A stretch of 64,000 nt of DNA from Deltaproteobacteria bacterium (GCA_052390235.1 JBQTHB010000002.1:448001-512000), one strand, 5' to 3'. Shown: positions 8,610 through 20,639, counted from the stretch's first letter. The notes: generated by a model from the letters alone, not told the origin. Program-made: numbers and translations.

Positions 8610-9590
8610 ATGCTAAGCCGAGTCGCAGAGTCAATTTACTGGCTGAACCGCTACATTGAGCGCGCCGAGAACTACGCCCGCTTCATCGAGGTCAATATCA
8701 ACCTCACCCTAGACCTCCCGCCCGATATGCCGGAGCAGTGGAAGCCGCTTGTCGTAACCACTGGCGATTACGGGCTATTCCAGCAGCGCTACGGCGAACC
8801 AGACGATAAGGACAGCGTCATTCAGTTCCTCACATCTGACCGCGGCAATCCCAATTCCATCCTCTCCTGCCTCTATAAGGCTAGAGAAAACGCCCGCACC
8901 GTGCGCGAGATTATCTCAACCGAGATGTGGGAGCAGATAAACGAGTTTTATCTCAAAGTCCGGGACGTCATCTCCTACAGCGATTGGACTCTGGAGATGC
9001 TCACGGACTTTTTCAAGGAAATCAAAACCGGCAGTTATCTCTTTGCGGGGATTATGGACTCCACACTTTACCACTCCGAGGGCTGGCACTTTGGCCAGAT
9101 GGGGCGATTTATCGAGCGCGCTGACCAGGCCACGAGAATTTTGGATGTGAAGTGTTTTCTGCTTCTGCGCGATGGACAGCCCCAGGGGGCGCACCTCGAC
9201 CTCCTGCAGTGGCTTGCGGTGCTGAAATCGGCGAGCGCATTCGAGATGTACCGCAGGATTCACGGGCGCATCAACCCGAATAACATCGTGCAGTTTCTCA
9301 TCTTAGACCGGGAGTTTCCGCGCGCTATTAGGTATTCCCTAATCCAGGCGGAACAATCCCTGAGAGCAATCTCAAGCGGCCAGCTTTGGACTTTTAAAAA
9401 TACCGCCGAGAAGAGGCTCGGGCTCCTGCGCTCGGAACTCGACTACACGGAAATCAGCGAGATATTCTCTGTAGGGTTGCATGACTATCTCGATAATATA
9501 CAATTAAGGCTCAATGAAGTTAGCGACGCAATTTACGAGACGTTCTTTAACATACCCGTCCTCGGCATACCGTCCGACAAATCTCAATAG
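8610..9590 (+). CDS. Alpha-E domain protein (DUF403)
   Basis: MLSRVAESIYWLNRYIERAEN, ARENARTVRE and GRFIERAD (two ER motifs). Confidence 0.93.
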   Translation: MLSRVAESIYWLNRYIERAENYARFIEVNINLTLDLPPDMPEQWKPLVVTTGDYGLFQQRYGEPDDKDSVIQFLTSDRGNPNSILSCLYKARENARTVREIISTEMWEQINEFYLKVRDVISYSDWTLEMLTDFFKEIKTGSYLFAGIMDSTLYHSEGWHFGQMGRFIERADQATRILDVKCFLLLRDGQPQGAHLDLLQWLAVLKSASAFEMYRRIHGRINPNNIVQFLILDREFPRAIRYSLIQAEQSLRAISSGQLWTFKNTAEKRLGLLRSELDYTEISEIFSVGLHDYLDNIQLRLNEVSDAIYETFFNIPVLGIPSDKSQ

Positions 9591-9605
9591 AAAAGGTATT
9601 TGCCA

Positions 9606-10361
9606 ATGACATTTTGCTTAGGAATAAAACTAAGGGACGGGCTTGTCGGTCTGGCGGATAGCCGCGTAACCACAGGCTCGGAGTGCATCACCGCGCGCAA
9701 GGTTACGGTTCATCAGCACGGGGACAACGCCATGTTCCTGATGACCTCCGGGCTTCGCTCGGTGAGGGACAAGGCGATAACCTACTTTCAAGAGGTCATC
9801 GAAGAGAGGGGCGAAGAATTCGATAAGCTCTACAAAGCGGTCAACGCCTTCGGCGCGCAGGTAAGGCGCGTCCACAAGGAGGATAAAGAATCCCTCCATG
9901 AGAGCGGTTTTTTTTTCAACCTCCACGCCCTCGTCGGCGGACAGCTTAAAAACGACCGCGAACACAAGCTCTACTTGCTCTATCCTCAGGGCAATTGGGT
10001 GGAGGTTGGCCAAGGGTCGCCCTATTACATCATCGGCAACTCCGGCTACGGCAAGCCTCTGCTGGATAGAGTCCTCAGATACGATTCTGGCATGAGGCTC
10101 GCCCTAAAGGCGGGATTCCTCGCGTTCGACGCCACACGCACCAGCTCGAACGACGTTGACTACCCGCTCGACATCGTCCTCTATGGCAGGGACTCGTTCA
10201 ACATTGTAGAGTGCCGTTTCCACAAAGACGACCTACAGAGCATCTCGTTTTGGTGGCAGGAGAGAATTATAAATTCCGTAAAAGAGTTGCCGGACGAGTG
10301 GATAGAGCTTGTGTTTGCCGAGATGTTCGAGGCCCTTGCCCTGAAGAATCGCTCGGATTGA
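9606..10361 (+). CDS. Anbu proteasome-type (Ntn-hydrolase) protease
   Basis: MTFCLGIKL..GLVGLADSRVT gives Thr1 nucleophile after Met removal. LYLLYPQGNW, IGNSGYGKPLLDR. Operon context fits. Confidence 0.9.
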   Translation: MTFCLGIKLRDGLVGLADSRVTTGSECITARKVTVHQHGDNAMFLMTSGLRSVRDKAITYFQEVIEERGEEFDKLYKAVNAFGAQVRRVHKEDKESLHESGFFFNLHALVGGQLKNDREHKLYLLYPQGNWVEVGQGSPYYIIGNSGYGKPLLDRVLRYDSGMRLALKAGFLAFDATRTSSNDVDYPLDIVLYGRDSFNIVECRFHKDDLQSISFWWQERIINSVKELPDEWIELVFAEMFEALALKNRSD

Positions 10362-10389
10362 AAGTGTCTTATTACGAGGTGCGACAAAA

Positions 10390-11229
10390 ATGCTCTTTCT
10401 AATTCGTCATCGGAGCGAATATACCTACAGCCAGCCGGTTAGATTCAAGCCTCATTTCCTGCGCTTCCGCCCCAGGGAAAACCCGTTTCAAGAGCTTCTG
10501 AGCTATAAGCTCGCGGTATCGCCTGAGCCGGTTTCCGTCTCTTACCACCTGGATTCGGACGGAAGCGTATTTGCGCAGGCTCGTTTTTGGGGCGAATACT
10601 ACAGTTTGATAATACAATCAACCGCAGTTGTGAGGGCTAGCGCGCCGCCTTCGGGGTGGTTGATTTATCCTGAATCCGCCTGCACGCTCCCGATACGCTA
10701 CCCCTCGGAAGAGGCTGAGTATTTGCTCAAGCCGTACCTGAGGCCCAAGTCCGCCTCGTCTGACGTGGCTCGGTTCGCCGAAGGGCTTGCGGAGGAGTCG
10801 CGCTGGCAGACCCGTTCATTTTTGGAGAATCTGGGGCGCAGAATCAACCGCGAGTTTCAGAACTGCTATAGAGAAATGGGAGAGCCGTATCCGCCCCAGA
10901 GGACATTGTCCGAGAAGAGCGGCTCATGCAGGGATTTTGCCGTGCTTTTTATGTCTGCCTGCAGGCTGATGGGGATTGCCGCGCGGTTTGTTAGCGGCTA
11001 TCAATTCGATGAGTCGTCGGAGTTTCGAGACCTCCACGCGTGGGTCGAGGTATATCTGCCGGGGGAGGGATGGAGGGGGTTCGACCCCAGCGTCGAGGGC
11101 GAGGTAACGGAAAGGCACATTGCCGTTGCCGCATCAGCCGACCCTAGGATGACCGCGCCGGTGAGCGGGATATTCATGGGAAATGCCGAGGCGAGATTAA
11201 ACGTGGACTTAACTATTACGCCTTTTTAG
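10390..11229 (+). CDS. Transglutaminase-like protein (Anbu operon)
   Basis: IRHRSEYTY N-domain. Catalytic triad motifs GSCRDFA, LHAWVEVYLPG and GFDPS. Confidence 0.92.
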   Translation: MLFLIRHRSEYTYSQPVRFKPHFLRFRPRENPFQELLSYKLAVSPEPVSVSYHLDSDGSVFAQARFWGEYYSLIIQSTAVVRASAPPSGWLIYPESACTLPIRYPSEEAEYLLKPYLRPKSASSDVARFAEGLAEESRWQTRSFLENLGRRINREFQNCYREMGEPYPPQRTLSEKSGSCRDFAVLFMSACRLMGIAARFVSGYQFDESSEFRDLHAWVEVYLPGEGWRGFDPSVEGEVTERHIAVAASADPRMTAPVSGIFMGNAEARLNVDLTITPF

Positions 11230-11332
11230 ATGGGTATTGGGAATTGAAAAATACGGATAAGAGTCTTGATTGTTCATTTAAAATGGTTACAATTTCACTC
11301 CCTGTCATCTAAACCTTGGGGGTGGAGGCGTC

Positions 11333-14300
11333 ATGAGTGCAAATGGATTACCGCCAAAACAAGGTCTTTACGATCCTCGGTTTGAGCATGAAGCCTGCGG
11401 CATCGGCTTCGTAGCCAATATCAAAGGGAAAAAGTCCCGTGAAATTGTCCGCCAAGGGCTCGAGGTGCTGGTGAATCTCAATCACCGCGGCGCCTGCGGC
11501 TGTGAGCCAAATACCGGCGACGGCGCGGGAATTCTCCTGCAGATACCGCATCCATTTTTTAAGAGAGTAGCCTCGGAGGTCAATGTTAACCTCCCCGCAT
11601 ACGGCAAGTACGGGGTTGGCATGGTGTTTCTGCCTCAAAATGCCTCGGAGCGGCGCGCCTGCGAGAAATACTTCGAGGGTGTCGTAAAGGAGGAGGGTCA
11701 GCGCGTTCTCGGATGGCGCACCGTGCCTACGGACAATTCCACCATTGGGAACACCGCCAAGGCGAGCGAGCCGTACATAAGACAGGTTTTTATAGCTCGC
11801 AATCCCGCTATTAAGGACGATATGGCGTTTGAGAGAAAGCTCTACGTCATACGCAAGCGGGCGGAGAAGGCTATTCGATACTCCGGGCTAACGGGCGGAA
11901 GCCACTTCTACATATCGAGCCTATCTTATAAGACAGTCGTCTATAAGGGAATGCTCACCGCCGACCAAGTGCCGGAATACTACACTGAACTCTCCGATGC
12001 GGACATGGAAACTGCTATTGCCCTCGTGCATTCCCGCTTCAGCACCAACACATTTCCAAGCTGGGAGCGCGCTCATCCCTATCGCTATATGATTCATAAT
12101 GGAGAGATCAACACCCTGCGCGGAAACGTCAACTGGATGCACGCCCGCCAGGCGATGTTTGAATCCCAGCTTTTCGGCGAGGACATCCATAAAATTCTGC
12201 CCATTATCAACTCGGACGGAAGCGATTCGGCTATGTTTGATAACTGCCTCGAGATGCTCGTCCTAGGGGGGCGCTCTCTGCCCCATGCCGTGATGATGAT
12301 GATCCCCGAGCCGTGGTCTAATCACGAGAGCATGAGCGATGAGAAGAAGGCGTTTTATGAGTATCACGCCTCTTTTATGGAGCCTTGGGATGGTCCCGCT
12401 TCTATCGGGTTTACCGACGGGCATCTGGTCGGGGCGGTGCTTGACAGAAACGGGCTTCGCCCCTCGCGCTACTACGTTACCAAAGACGACTTAGTGATAC
12501 TCGCGTCCGAGGTCGGGGTTCTGGACATTGCCCCTGAGCGCGTGCTTCAAAAAGGACGCCTCCAGCCGGGGCGTATGTTCCTAGTTGACACAAAAGAAGG
12601 GCGCATAATAAAAGACGAAGAGCTTAAAGCCGAAATAGCCTCCCGCCACCCCTATAGGCAGTGGCTCGATGAATATCTCCTACCGCTCGAAGACCTGCCC
12701 GATGCCCCGCATTTGATATATTCCGACCACGAATCGGTGCTTCAGCGCCAGCAGGCTTTCGGCTACAGCTACGAGGATTTGAGAATTATCATCGAGCCGA
12801 TGGCGAAAAACTCCGTTGACCCCGTCGGTTCAATGGGCAATGATACCCCTCTTGCCGTGCTGTCGAATAAAAATCAGCTCCTCTACAGCTACTTCAAGCA
12901 GCTATTCGCGCAGGTTACGAACCCGCCCATTGACTCCATCCGCGAGGAGATAATTACGGCTACTGAAACCACCATAGGCTCTGAGCGAAATCTGCTCAGC
13001 CCTGAGCCTCGGGGTTGTCGCCAGATTAAACTCAAAACTCCGGTGCTTACGAATGACGAGCTTGAGAAACTCCGCTACATCAACATCGCCGGCTTTAAAT
13101 CCCACACCCTGCCCATGCTGTTTAAGGCTTCTGATGGCCCGGAGGGGCTTGAAGAGGCTATCAGCGAACTCTACGCCGAAGCCGACCGCGCCATTGCAGA
13201 CGGGGTGAATATTTTGATTCTCTCCGACAGGGGGTGCAGCAGAGATTACGTGCCTATGCCCGCTCTGCTTGCCGTTGCGGGCCTCCACCATCACTTAATC
13301 CGCGAAGGCACGAGGATGAAGGCGGGGCTAATTGTGGAATCTGGCGAGCCGCGCGAGGTGCATCATTTCTCGCTTCTCATCGGCTACGGCGCAGGGGCAA
13401 TAAACCCGTACCTCGCCTACGAGACCATTGATGATATGATACGCGAGGGGACGCTCACTGGGGTTGCCCACAGAGAGGCCGTAAAAAAATACATAAAAGC
13501 CGTTGTCAAGGGCGTTGTCAAGGTGATGTCCAAAATGGGCATCTCCACAGTTCAGAGCTACCGCGGGGCGCAGATATTTGAAGCCGTGGGGCTGAATCAC
13601 GTTTTCATTGATAAATATTTCACCTGGACGCCTTCGCGCATCGGAGGGGTGGGGATTGATGCCATCGCCAGAGAAGCCCTTGAGCGGCACGCCCGCGCGT
13701 TCGGTGAGAGACAGGTTGACTCAAAAACTCTGGACGTAGGCGGAAAATATCAGTGGAGGCACGAAGGGGAATACCACCTGTTCAACCCTCAGACCGTGCA
13801 TAAGCTCCAGTACGCCTGCCGCGCCAATAGCTACCGGGCATTTAAAGAATACGCCGCCCTGGTTGACGAGCAGAGCAAAAACCTCGCCACTATCCGCGGG
13901 CTTCTCGATATTAAATTCTCCAATCCCATTGCGCTTGAGGATGTCGAGCCAGTCGCAGAGATATGCAAGCGCTTTAAAACCGGCGCCATGTCCTACGGAT
14001 CCATCAGCAAAGAAGCGCATGAGAGCCTCGCCATCGCTATGAACCGCATAGGCGGCAAGAGCAACACGGGCGAGGGCGGCGAAGACCCAGACCGCTTCAC
14101 ACCAGACGCAAACGGGGACTCCCGCAACAGCGCCATTAAACAGGTCGCGTCCGGTCGTTTCGGCGTTACTAGCCAGTATCTCATCAGCGCCAAAGAGCTT
14201 CAAATCAAAATCGCCCAAGGAGCGAAACCCGGCGAGGGGGGACAGCTTCCCGGAGCCAAGGTCTATCCTTGGATAGCTAAGGTGAGATTTTCCGTTCCCG

Positions 14301-15931
14301 GCGTGGGACTCATATCGCCGCCCCCGCACCACGATATTTACTCCATTGAGGACCTAGCTGAACTCATCCACGACCTCAAAAACGCAAACCCCGAAGCGAG
14401 AATCAGCGTAAAGCTCGTCTCAGAGGTCGGGGTCGGCACTATCGCCGCCGGCGTTGCCAAGGGCCATGCCGATGTGGTTCTCATTAGCGGCTATGACGGA
14501 GGCACGGGGGCGTCCCCTCAGACGAGCATTCAGCACGCGGGACTGCCGTGGGAGCTTGGTCTCGCTGAAACTCACCAGACGCTTCTGCTCAATAACCTCA
14601 GAAGCCGAATCGTCGTGGAAACTGACGGTCAGCTTAAAACGGGCAGAGACGTCGCCATTGCCGCGCTGCTTGGGGCTGAGGAGTTCGGGTTTTCAACCGC
14701 TCCGCTCGTTGTGCTTGGCTGTATCATGATGAGGGTCTGTCATATTGACACCTGCCCCGTAGGGGTTGCGACTCAAAATCCGGTTCTGCGGAAGAAATTC
14801 CAGGGAGACCCCACCCATGTGGTCAATTTTATGCGATTTATCGCCGAGGAGTTGCGCGAGATAATGGCTCAGCTCGGCTTCCGCACCATAAATGAGATGG
14901 TGGGCAGGGTGGACAAACTTGAGCCTAGAGAGGCGATAGACCATTGGAAAGCAAAGGGGCTTGACCTGCGTAATCTGCTCTACAGCATCCCGGATTTGCC
15001 CTCGGATGTGGGACGCTACTGCCAGATGGCTCAAGACCACGGACTAGACAAGGCTCTTGATAACGAGGTGTTATTGAGCCTCTGCGAGCCTGCGATAAAG
15101 CGCGGGGAGGCGGTCGAGGGGATTATTCCGATACGCAACATAAACCGTGTCGTGGGGACTATACTCGGAGGGGCGGTTACAAAGAATCACGGCCCAGAGG
15201 GGCTTGCCGAAGACACGATTCGCCTGCATTTTCGAGGCTCGGCAGGGCAGAGTTTCGGGGCGTTTATGCCCAAAGGGATAAAATTCGTACTCGAAGGGGA
15301 TGCCAACGACTACGTAGGCAAGGGGCTATCGGGCGGGAAAATTATCGTCTATCCCCCAAAAGGCTCTACTTTCGTCCCTGAGGAGAACATAATTATTGGA
15401 AACGTGGCTCTCTACGGCGCAACGGGCGGAGAGGCTTACATTCGAGGCATGGCTGGAGAGCGGTTCTGCGTGAGAAACAGCGGCGTTAGCGCGGTGGTGG
15501 AGTCCGTAGGAGACCACTGCTGCGAGTATATGACCGGCGGCAGGGTGGTAATTCTCGGCGAGACGGGAAGGAACTTTGCGGCGGGAATGTCAGGCGGAGT
15601 TGCATATATTCTCGATGAAGCCGGGGATTTCCACTCGAAATGCAACCAGGATATGGTATATCTCGAGCGACTTGAAGATGATTATGAAATCCGCGAACTC
15701 AAGTCTATGATTCGCAGGCACGCCGAATATACGAAGAGCGATAAAGCCCAGATGACGCTTGCCGCTTGGAGCGACGCGCTGCCGAAGTTTGTAAAGGTCA
15801 TGCCGAAGGACTATAAGCGTATGACGCTTGCGATGAAGCGGGCTGAGGCGGCGGGACTCGGCGGCGAAGAGGCCGTCATGGCGGCGTTTGAGGACAATAA
15901 AAGAGACCTTGCCAGAGTCGGCGGAAACTAG
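11333..15931 (+). CDS. gltB: Glutamate synthase large subunit
   Basis: HEACGIGF (Cys1 GAT domain), [45 protein letters not shown] domain. 1532 aa. Confidence 0.98.
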   Translation: MSANGLPPKQGLYDPRFEHEACGIGFVANIKGKKSREIVRQGLEVLVNLNHRGACGCEPNTGDGAGILLQIPHPFFKRVASEVNVNLPAYGKYGVGMVFLPQNASERRACEKYFEGVVKEEGQRVLGWRTVPTDNSTIGNTAKASEPYIRQVFIARNPAIKDDMAFERKLYVIRKRAEKAIRYSGLTGGSHFYISSLSYKTVVYKGMLTADQVPEYYTELSDADMETAIALVHSRFSTNTFPSWERAHPYRYMIHNGEINTLRGNVNWMHARQAMFESQLFGEDIHKILPIINSDGSDSAMFDNCLEMLVLGGRSLPHAVMMMIPEPWSNHESMSDEKKAFYEYHASFMEPWDGPASIGFTDGHLVGAVLDRNGLRPSRYYVTKDDLVILASEVGVLDIAPERVLQKGRLQPGRMFLVDTKEGRIIKDEELKAEIASRHPYRQWLDEYLLPLEDLPDAPHLIYSDHESVLQRQQAFGYSYEDLRIIIEPMAKNSVDPVGSMGNDTPLAVLSNKNQLLYSYFKQLFAQVTNPPIDSIREEIITATETTIGSERNLLSPEPRGCRQIKLKTPVLTNDELEKLRYINIAGFKSHTLPMLFKASDGPEGLEEAISELYAEADRAIADGVNILILSDRGCSRDYVPMPALLAVAGLHHHLIREGTRMKAGLIVESGEPREVHHFSLLIGYGAGAINPYLAYETIDDMIREGTLTGVAHREAVKKYIKAVVKGVVKVMSKMGISTVQSYRGAQIFEAVGLNHVFIDKYFTWTPSRIGGVGIDAIAREALERHARAFGERQVDSKTLDVGGKYQWRHEGEYHLFNPQTVHKLQYACRANSYRAFKEYAALVDEQSKNLATIRGLLDIKFSNPIALEDVEPVAEICKRFKTGAMSYGSISKEAHESLAIAMNRIGGKSNTGEGGEDPDRFTPDANGDSRNSAIKQVASGRFGVTSQYLISAKELQIKIAQGAKPGEGGQLPGAKVYPWIAKVRFSVPGVGLISPPPHHDIYSIEDLAELIHDLKNANPEARISVKLVSEVGVGTIAAGVAKGHADVVLISGYDGGTGASPQTSIQHAGLPWELGLAETHQTLLLNNLRSRIVVETDGQLKTGRDVAIAALLGAEEFGFSTAPLVVLGCIMMRVCHIDTCPVGVATQNPVLRKKFQGDPTHVVNFMRFIAEELREIMAQLGFRTINEMVGRVDKLEPREAIDHWKAKGLDLRNLLYSIPDLPSDVGRYCQMAQDHGLDKALDNEVLLSLCEPAIKRGEAVEGIIPIRNINRVVGTILGGAVTKNHGPEGLAEDTIRLHFRGSAGQSFGAFMPKGIKFVLEGDANDYVGKGLSGGKIIVYPPKGSTFVPEENIIIGNVALYGATGGEAYIRGMAGERFCVRNSGVSAVVESVGDHCCEYMTGGRVVILGETGRNFAAGMSGGVAYILDEAGDFHSKCNQDMVYLERLEDDYEIRELKSMIRRHAEYTKSDKAQMTLAAWSDALPKFVKVMPKDYKRMTLAMKRAEAAGLGGEEAVMAAFEDNKRDLARVGGN

Positions 15932-15988
15932 CCGCCGGAGCGTTACAGAGAACGGCTCGGCAAAATTTAATTTAAGGAAGTACGGACT

Positions 15989-17473
15989 ATGGGTAAGCCC
16001 ACGGGATTTCTTGAATACACTAGGGAGCTTCCCGAAGAACGACATCCGAGCGAGAGGATTCGGGATTGGGACGAGTTTCATCTCCATTTCGCGGAGAAAA
16101 AGCTCCAGATTCAGGGCGCGCGCTGCATGGACTGCGGCGTGCCGTTCTGCCACACTGGAAATCTCATCGGGGGGATGACGTCGGGCTGTCCCGTGAATAA
16201 CCTCATTCCCGAATGGAACGACCTTATCTATCGGGGACTCTGGAGGGAGGCTCTTGAGAGGCTACACAAAACCAATAATTTCCCAGAGTTTACCGGAAGG
16301 GTCTGCCCCGCGCCCTGCGAGGCGGGATGCGTGCTTGGAATAAGCGAGCCTCCGGTAACGATAAAAAACATCGAATGCGCTATCATTGACAAGGGATTTG
16401 AAGAGGGATGGGTACGCCCTGAGCCTCCGCAAAAGCGCACGGGCAAGAGGGTCGCCGTAGTCGGGTCAGGGCCTGCGGGGCTTGCCTGCGCCGCGCAGCT
16501 CAACAAGGCGGGACACTGGGTCGTCGTATTCGAGAGGGACGACCGTATCGGAGGTCTCCTGATGTACGGAATCCCCAATCCGCACCTCGATAAAAATATC
16601 GTTCAGCGCAGGGTCAACATTTTGGCGGAAGAAGGCGTTGAATTCGTTACTGGCACGGAGGTCGGACGCAATTTTCCAGCCGAAAAACTACTTAAAAAGT
16701 TCGACGCCGTCGTGATTTGCTCAGGGGCTACGAGACCGAGAGATATATCAATCGAGGGTAGAAATCTCTCAGGAATCCACTTCGCCATGGAATTCCTACG
16801 CCTCAACACCAAAAGCCTTCTCGATAGCAACCTCTCCGATGGGAGCTACATCTCGGCGGAGGGCAAAAATGTAGTTGTACTCGGCGGAGGCGACACCGGC
16901 ACGGACTGTGTTGCTACATCCATGAGGCACGGGTGCAGGAGCCTAGTGCAATTTGAAATCCTACCGAAGCCGCCAACGACGAGAGCCGACGATAACCCCT
17001 GGCCCCAGTGGCCCAAGGTATATCGCATGGACTATGGGCAGGAAGAAGCCGCCGCCAAGTTTGGCGATGACCCACGCAAATACAGGGTTCTCACTAAGAA
17101 ATTCGTAGGAGACGCCGAGGGGAGCGTCTGCGAGCTTCATACGGTGAAAGTCGAGTGGCATCGCGCAGAGGACGGACAGCTGAATCTGCGGGAAATCTCC
17201 GGCACAGAGAGGGTTTGGAAGGCTGATCTAGTGCTTCTCGCCCTAGGATTCTTGGGCCCTGAGGGCGCGCTTGCCGAGCAACTGGGCGTTGAACTCGACC
17301 TGCGCACGAACGTGAAAGCCGAATACGGCAGATACGCGACCAATATCCCTCACGTTTTCGCCGCAGGGGATGCCCGCCGTGGGCAGAGCCTCATCGTTTG
17401 GGCTATCAACGAGGGAAGGGGAGCGGCGCGCGAGTGCGACAGATTTCTCATGGGACATACGAGCCTCCCCTAA
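15989..17473 (+). CDS. gltD: Glutamate synthase small subunit
   Basis: [56 protein letters not shown]. Confidence 0.98.
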   Translation: MGKPTGFLEYTRELPEERHPSERIRDWDEFHLHFAEKKLQIQGARCMDCGVPFCHTGNLIGGMTSGCPVNNLIPEWNDLIYRGLWREALERLHKTNNFPEFTGRVCPAPCEAGCVLGISEPPVTIKNIECAIIDKGFEEGWVRPEPPQKRTGKRVAVVGSGPAGLACAAQLNKAGHWVVVFERDDRIGGLLMYGIPNPHLDKNIVQRRVNILAEEGVEFVTGTEVGRNFPAEKLLKKFDAVVICSGATRPRDISIEGRNLSGIHFAMEFLRLNTKSLLDSNLSDGSYISAEGKNVVVLGGGDTGTDCVATSMRHGCRSLVQFEILPKPPTTRADDNPWPQWPKVYRMDYGQEEAAAKFGDDPRKYRVLTKKFVGDAEGSVCELHTVKVEWHRAEDGQLNLREISGTERVWKADLVLLALGFLGPEGALAEQLGVELDLRTNVKAEYGRYATNIPHVFAAGDARRGQSLIVWAINEGRGAARECDRFLMGHTSLP

Positions 17474-17650
17474 TAATTTAATTGCCCTTTCACCGCGAGC
17501 TAACCTAATACCCCTCGAAAGCCGCCAATTGCGTTTCATCTCATAGCCGCATCTGGTTTCCGCATTTAGCGGTAAAAAACCTCCCTGCCGCATCTTGCAT
17601 CCCTCGGGAGTAGCCATATATAATTGACCTCACCCATACCGGCAGGGGGC

Positions 17651-18706
17651 GTGATTCAAGTGGATAAACTCAAGTTCGGCATCGTATCCCCGGCGGGCGA
17701 AGAGCCGAAAAACCTCCTCCGATTTATAAAACGCGCTGAAGATTCCCTCTTTGACAGCGTCTGGGCGGGCGACCACATGGTTTTCATGCGCCCCGTCGCT
17801 TACGATGTTATGTCAACTTTTGCGGCAGCGGGGGTTACGACAAATCGAATTTCATTAGCCTCCATCTCGGATGCGCATAAATTCCACCCCGCCGTGCTTG
17901 CCCAGCGTCTCGCCACTCTGAGCCAACTTACGGGCGGCAGATTCATTCTCGGCTTAGGGCTGGGGGAGGCGATGAACCTAGACCCCTACGGCATAAAGTG
18001 GGATAAACCCCTATCGAGACTCGTTGAGTCCGTAGAGATAATGCGAAAACTCTGGCGGAGCGATTCCCCGTTTGATTACGAGGGGGAGTTCTTCCAACTC
18101 CGTCAGGCGATACTCGGCGCAAAGCCCGCCGGGGGAGGAGTCCACCACGGGCTCGTCCCGATTTACATTGCCGCTCATAGGGAAAAGAGCCTTAGAGCCG
18201 CCGCCGAATTGGGGGACGGGTGGATCACTCTCCCTCAGCCTCCGGAGATGTTCGCCAGCAGACGCGCCAAGGTTGAGGCGTGGAGGGGGGATTTTGGAGG
18301 CAATTTGGATAATTTCGAGCGATGCCTCTATATATTCGCCTCCATCGCCGGTGATAAAAACGAGGCTTATGAAGCGCTTGAACCCCTCCGCCACACCATC
18401 ATCTGGTCTGAACTCTACGAGGAATACTCAGGCGCGAGGCTTCCTGAGGAGTTTCAGCGCTTTGGCTACATGACCGTAATCACTACGGACGATGCTGACA
18501 GGCAGAGAATTGTCCGGCAGGGACGGCTCTACCCAAAAGATGCCGTATTGGATTTCACCCTTGCCGGATGCGCCCAGGACTGCATCAGGCGGATAGAGCA
18601 GTACGCCGCCTCCGGGGTTACGCATCTGCTCCTTCACGACTTCAGCCGAGACCGAGATGAGAGCTATAAAATCCTGACCGAGAGGGTTATTCCGTATTTC
18701 AGATGA
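17651..18706 (+). CDS. LLM-class flavin-dependent oxidoreductase
   Basis: AEDSLFDSVWAGDH, HPAVLAQRLATL..LTGGRFILGLGLG, AAELGDGW. Start GTG 17651 or 17660 is uncertain. Confidence 0.85.
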   Translation: MIQVDKLKFGIVSPAGEEPKNLLRFIKRAEDSLFDSVWAGDHMVFMRPVAYDVMSTFAAAGVTTNRISLASISDAHKFHPAVLAQRLATLSQLTGGRFILGLGLGEAMNLDPYGIKWDKPLSRLVESVEIMRKLWRSDSPFDYEGEFFQLRQAILGAKPAGGGVHHGLVPIYIAAHREKSLRAAAELGDGWITLPQPPEMFASRRAKVEAWRGDFGGNLDNFERCLYIFASIAGDKNEAYEALEPLRHTIIWSELYEEYSGARLPEEFQRFGYMTVITTDDADRQRIVRQGRLYPKDAVLDFTLAGCAQDCIRRIEQYAASGVTHLLLHDFSRDRDESYKILTERVIPYFR

Positions 18707-18802
18707 AGCCGATTTGCTATATTAAAAAGGGTTTCGGATGCGGGCGCGGCGTGTTTTTTCATCTCATCCACTATAATTTATATCCACAGGAAGGGGGGAG
18801 TA

Positions 18803-19183
18803 ATGAGATTTCTTCACACGATGATAAGGGTCGGCGACCTTGAGCGGGCAATAAAATTCTATACCGATGTGCTGGGGTTGACGCTCCTGTCCCGCGCCGA
18901 TTACCCCGAGGGCAGATTCACCATCGCGTTTCTCGGAAACGGCGAGGGCAAAGAGCCTTTTTTAGAACTCACTCACAATTGGGACACGGCGGCTTATAAT
19001 CTCGGAAATGGGTGGGGACACATCGCCATGGCAACCCCGGATATTTATGCCGCCTGCGAGGGTGTCCAATCCGCCGGAGGGAAAATCACGCGCCCCCCAG
19101 GCCCAATGAAACACGGCACAACGGTCATAGCCTTCATTGAGGATGCGGACGGCTATAAAATTGAACTCGTCGAGACAGCATAA
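18803..19183 (+). CDS. gloA: Lactoylglutathione lyase (glyoxalase I)
   Basis: MRFLHTMIRVGDL, LELTHNWD, GHIA, PGPMKHGTTVIAFIEDADGYKIEL. Confidence 0.95.
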   Translation: MRFLHTMIRVGDLERAIKFYTDVLGLTLLSRADYPEGRFTIAFLGNGEGKEPFLELTHNWDTAAYNLGNGWGHIAMATPDIYAACEGVQSAGGKITRPPGPMKHGTTVIAFIEDADGYKIELVETA

Positions 19184-19211
19184 ATTTGGATATTGAGAGG
19201 AGAAACCAGCC

Positions 19212-20516
19212 ATGACAATCCCCGAAGGGCTTCGAGCCGCGCTCGATTTCGGTTTGATGGATTCGATATTCACCCGCCGCTCCCGGAGGTTCGGCTTGGG
19301 GATGGAGATGAGGGAAGGGACGCTGAGGCATAAATCCCGTTTTGCGCCCGTTCCGCTGGGGGAGCTTGAAGAGGCATTTCTCATCTGGGCGGGAACCGGA
19401 ATGACGGGGCTGTCCCTAGGGGATCTGCCGCGCACGGGGATTTCATGGCTCTTTCAGTGGACTGGCAGAAGCTGGCCCTGCTCGTGCAACTCTCACTCAA
19501 CTGAACTCTTCTACACCAACGACGACGGCGTCTATATGATGAATCTCTTTAATCTGATGCCAGAGGCGGGGGAGACATCTATCTTCTCGGGCAAATCCGA
19601 AGAGGAAAAGCTGGAGAGGGTTGTGCGTCTATTCCGAAAGAGCCGCGTCAAACTCGAGGACGGCAGAGCGAATCTGCCCAAGGGCGAGCCGGGGCTATTT
19701 GATTTCAACGCATGGAACGCCAACCAGCCGGGAACCACTTTTCTCATCCCCGTAACAAATACCACTGTTGAGTACATGGTTTTGCTCTTCATATATTTCG
19801 GCGCTAAATACGGCTTTAACATCATTGATGAACTTAACGGCGGCAGATCCTGCGGCTTAGATAAGTGGATTAAAAAGGGCTATATCAGAGACGACGTTCG
19901 GATGTCGCTCTTTGATCTTGAACTCAGGGTGCTGACGACGCTGAACGTCGAGCAGGCATTCATCTGCCAGAATATGAACCTCGCGCTTCAGGCTCTGGGG
20001 CTCGGCGGATGGGCTTTCACGGGGCTTCTGCCGCACTACGCCCTTGGGCTGAATCCCTCGCACAAGGGACTTGGGTTCAGATTCATTACCCCGGAGAAAA
20101 CCGTCCGTAGCATCGCCGCCCCCACGCCAGTCGGAAGGGACGGGGCTTTTGAAGCCCTCTGCCCGCCATATGTCCGGGATATGAGAGAGGCCGTTGACAG
20201 GTTTCTTCAAATCCGGGGCGAATTCTGGAAGGAGGAAAACCCGTACCCTTATCAAAACCCCAAGGGAGTACTCGACGACGAATATCTACCCTCCGAGGAG
20301 AGGATAGAAATCGTAAAGGACTTTTGCGCCTACGTTTATGAAAACTACGGCAGATTTCCCGCCTTCCTAGACCCGATGTTCGCGCGGCTCGTCTTTCAGG
20401 CGCATCACCTAGACCTTGAGTTCTACGACAAGCACTACACCGAAGGGGCTTACACTGAGATTCATAGAAACCACTTCAAACTCTGGCATCCTGAGATGAA
20501 AGACCCGTTCGAGTGA
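19212..20516 (+). CDS. Uncharacterised protein, probable nitroreductase-like fold
   Basis: N-terminal RRSRRF (FMN-phosphate-binding-like) and QNMNLALQALGLGGW, typical of the nitroreductase superfamily. 434 aa, GAGGAG SD. Confidence 0.6.
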   Translation: MTIPEGLRAALDFGLMDSIFTRRSRRFGLGMEMREGTLRHKSRFAPVPLGELEEAFLIWAGTGMTGLSLGDLPRTGISWLFQWTGRSWPCSCNSHSTELFYTNDDGVYMMNLFNLMPEAGETSIFSGKSEEEKLERVVRLFRKSRVKLEDGRANLPKGEPGLFDFNAWNANQPGTTFLIPVTNTTVEYMVLLFIYFGAKYGFNIIDELNGGRSCGLDKWIKKGYIRDDVRMSLFDLELRVLTTLNVEQAFICQNMNLALQALGLGGWAFTGLLPHYALGLNPSHKGLGFRFITPEKTVRSIAAPTPVGRDGAFEALCPPYVRDMREAVDRFLQIRGEFWKEENPYPYQNPKGVLDDEYLPSEERIEIVKDFCAYVYENYGRFPAFLDPMFARLVFQAHHLDLEFYDKHYTEGAYTEIHRNHFKLWHPEMKDPFE

Positions 20517-20581
20517 TGAGTGATGAGTAGTGAGCTTTTTGCCGGCCCCTCGCTTCTGCTTTTTCGCGCGTATAAAACTAT

Positions 20582-20639
20582 TTGACATCATAGCGCCGCA
20601 TATTATATCCTCTTAAGAGTAAATCTTACATGGATATAA
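20582..20639 (+). promoter_or_regulatory. sigma70 promoter with overlapping inverted repeat upstream of the globin gene
   Basis: TTGACA (20582)-N18-TATCCT. Dyad TTATATCC-N3-TAAGA-N5-TCTTA-N3-GGATATAA at 20603-20639. Confidence 0.55.
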
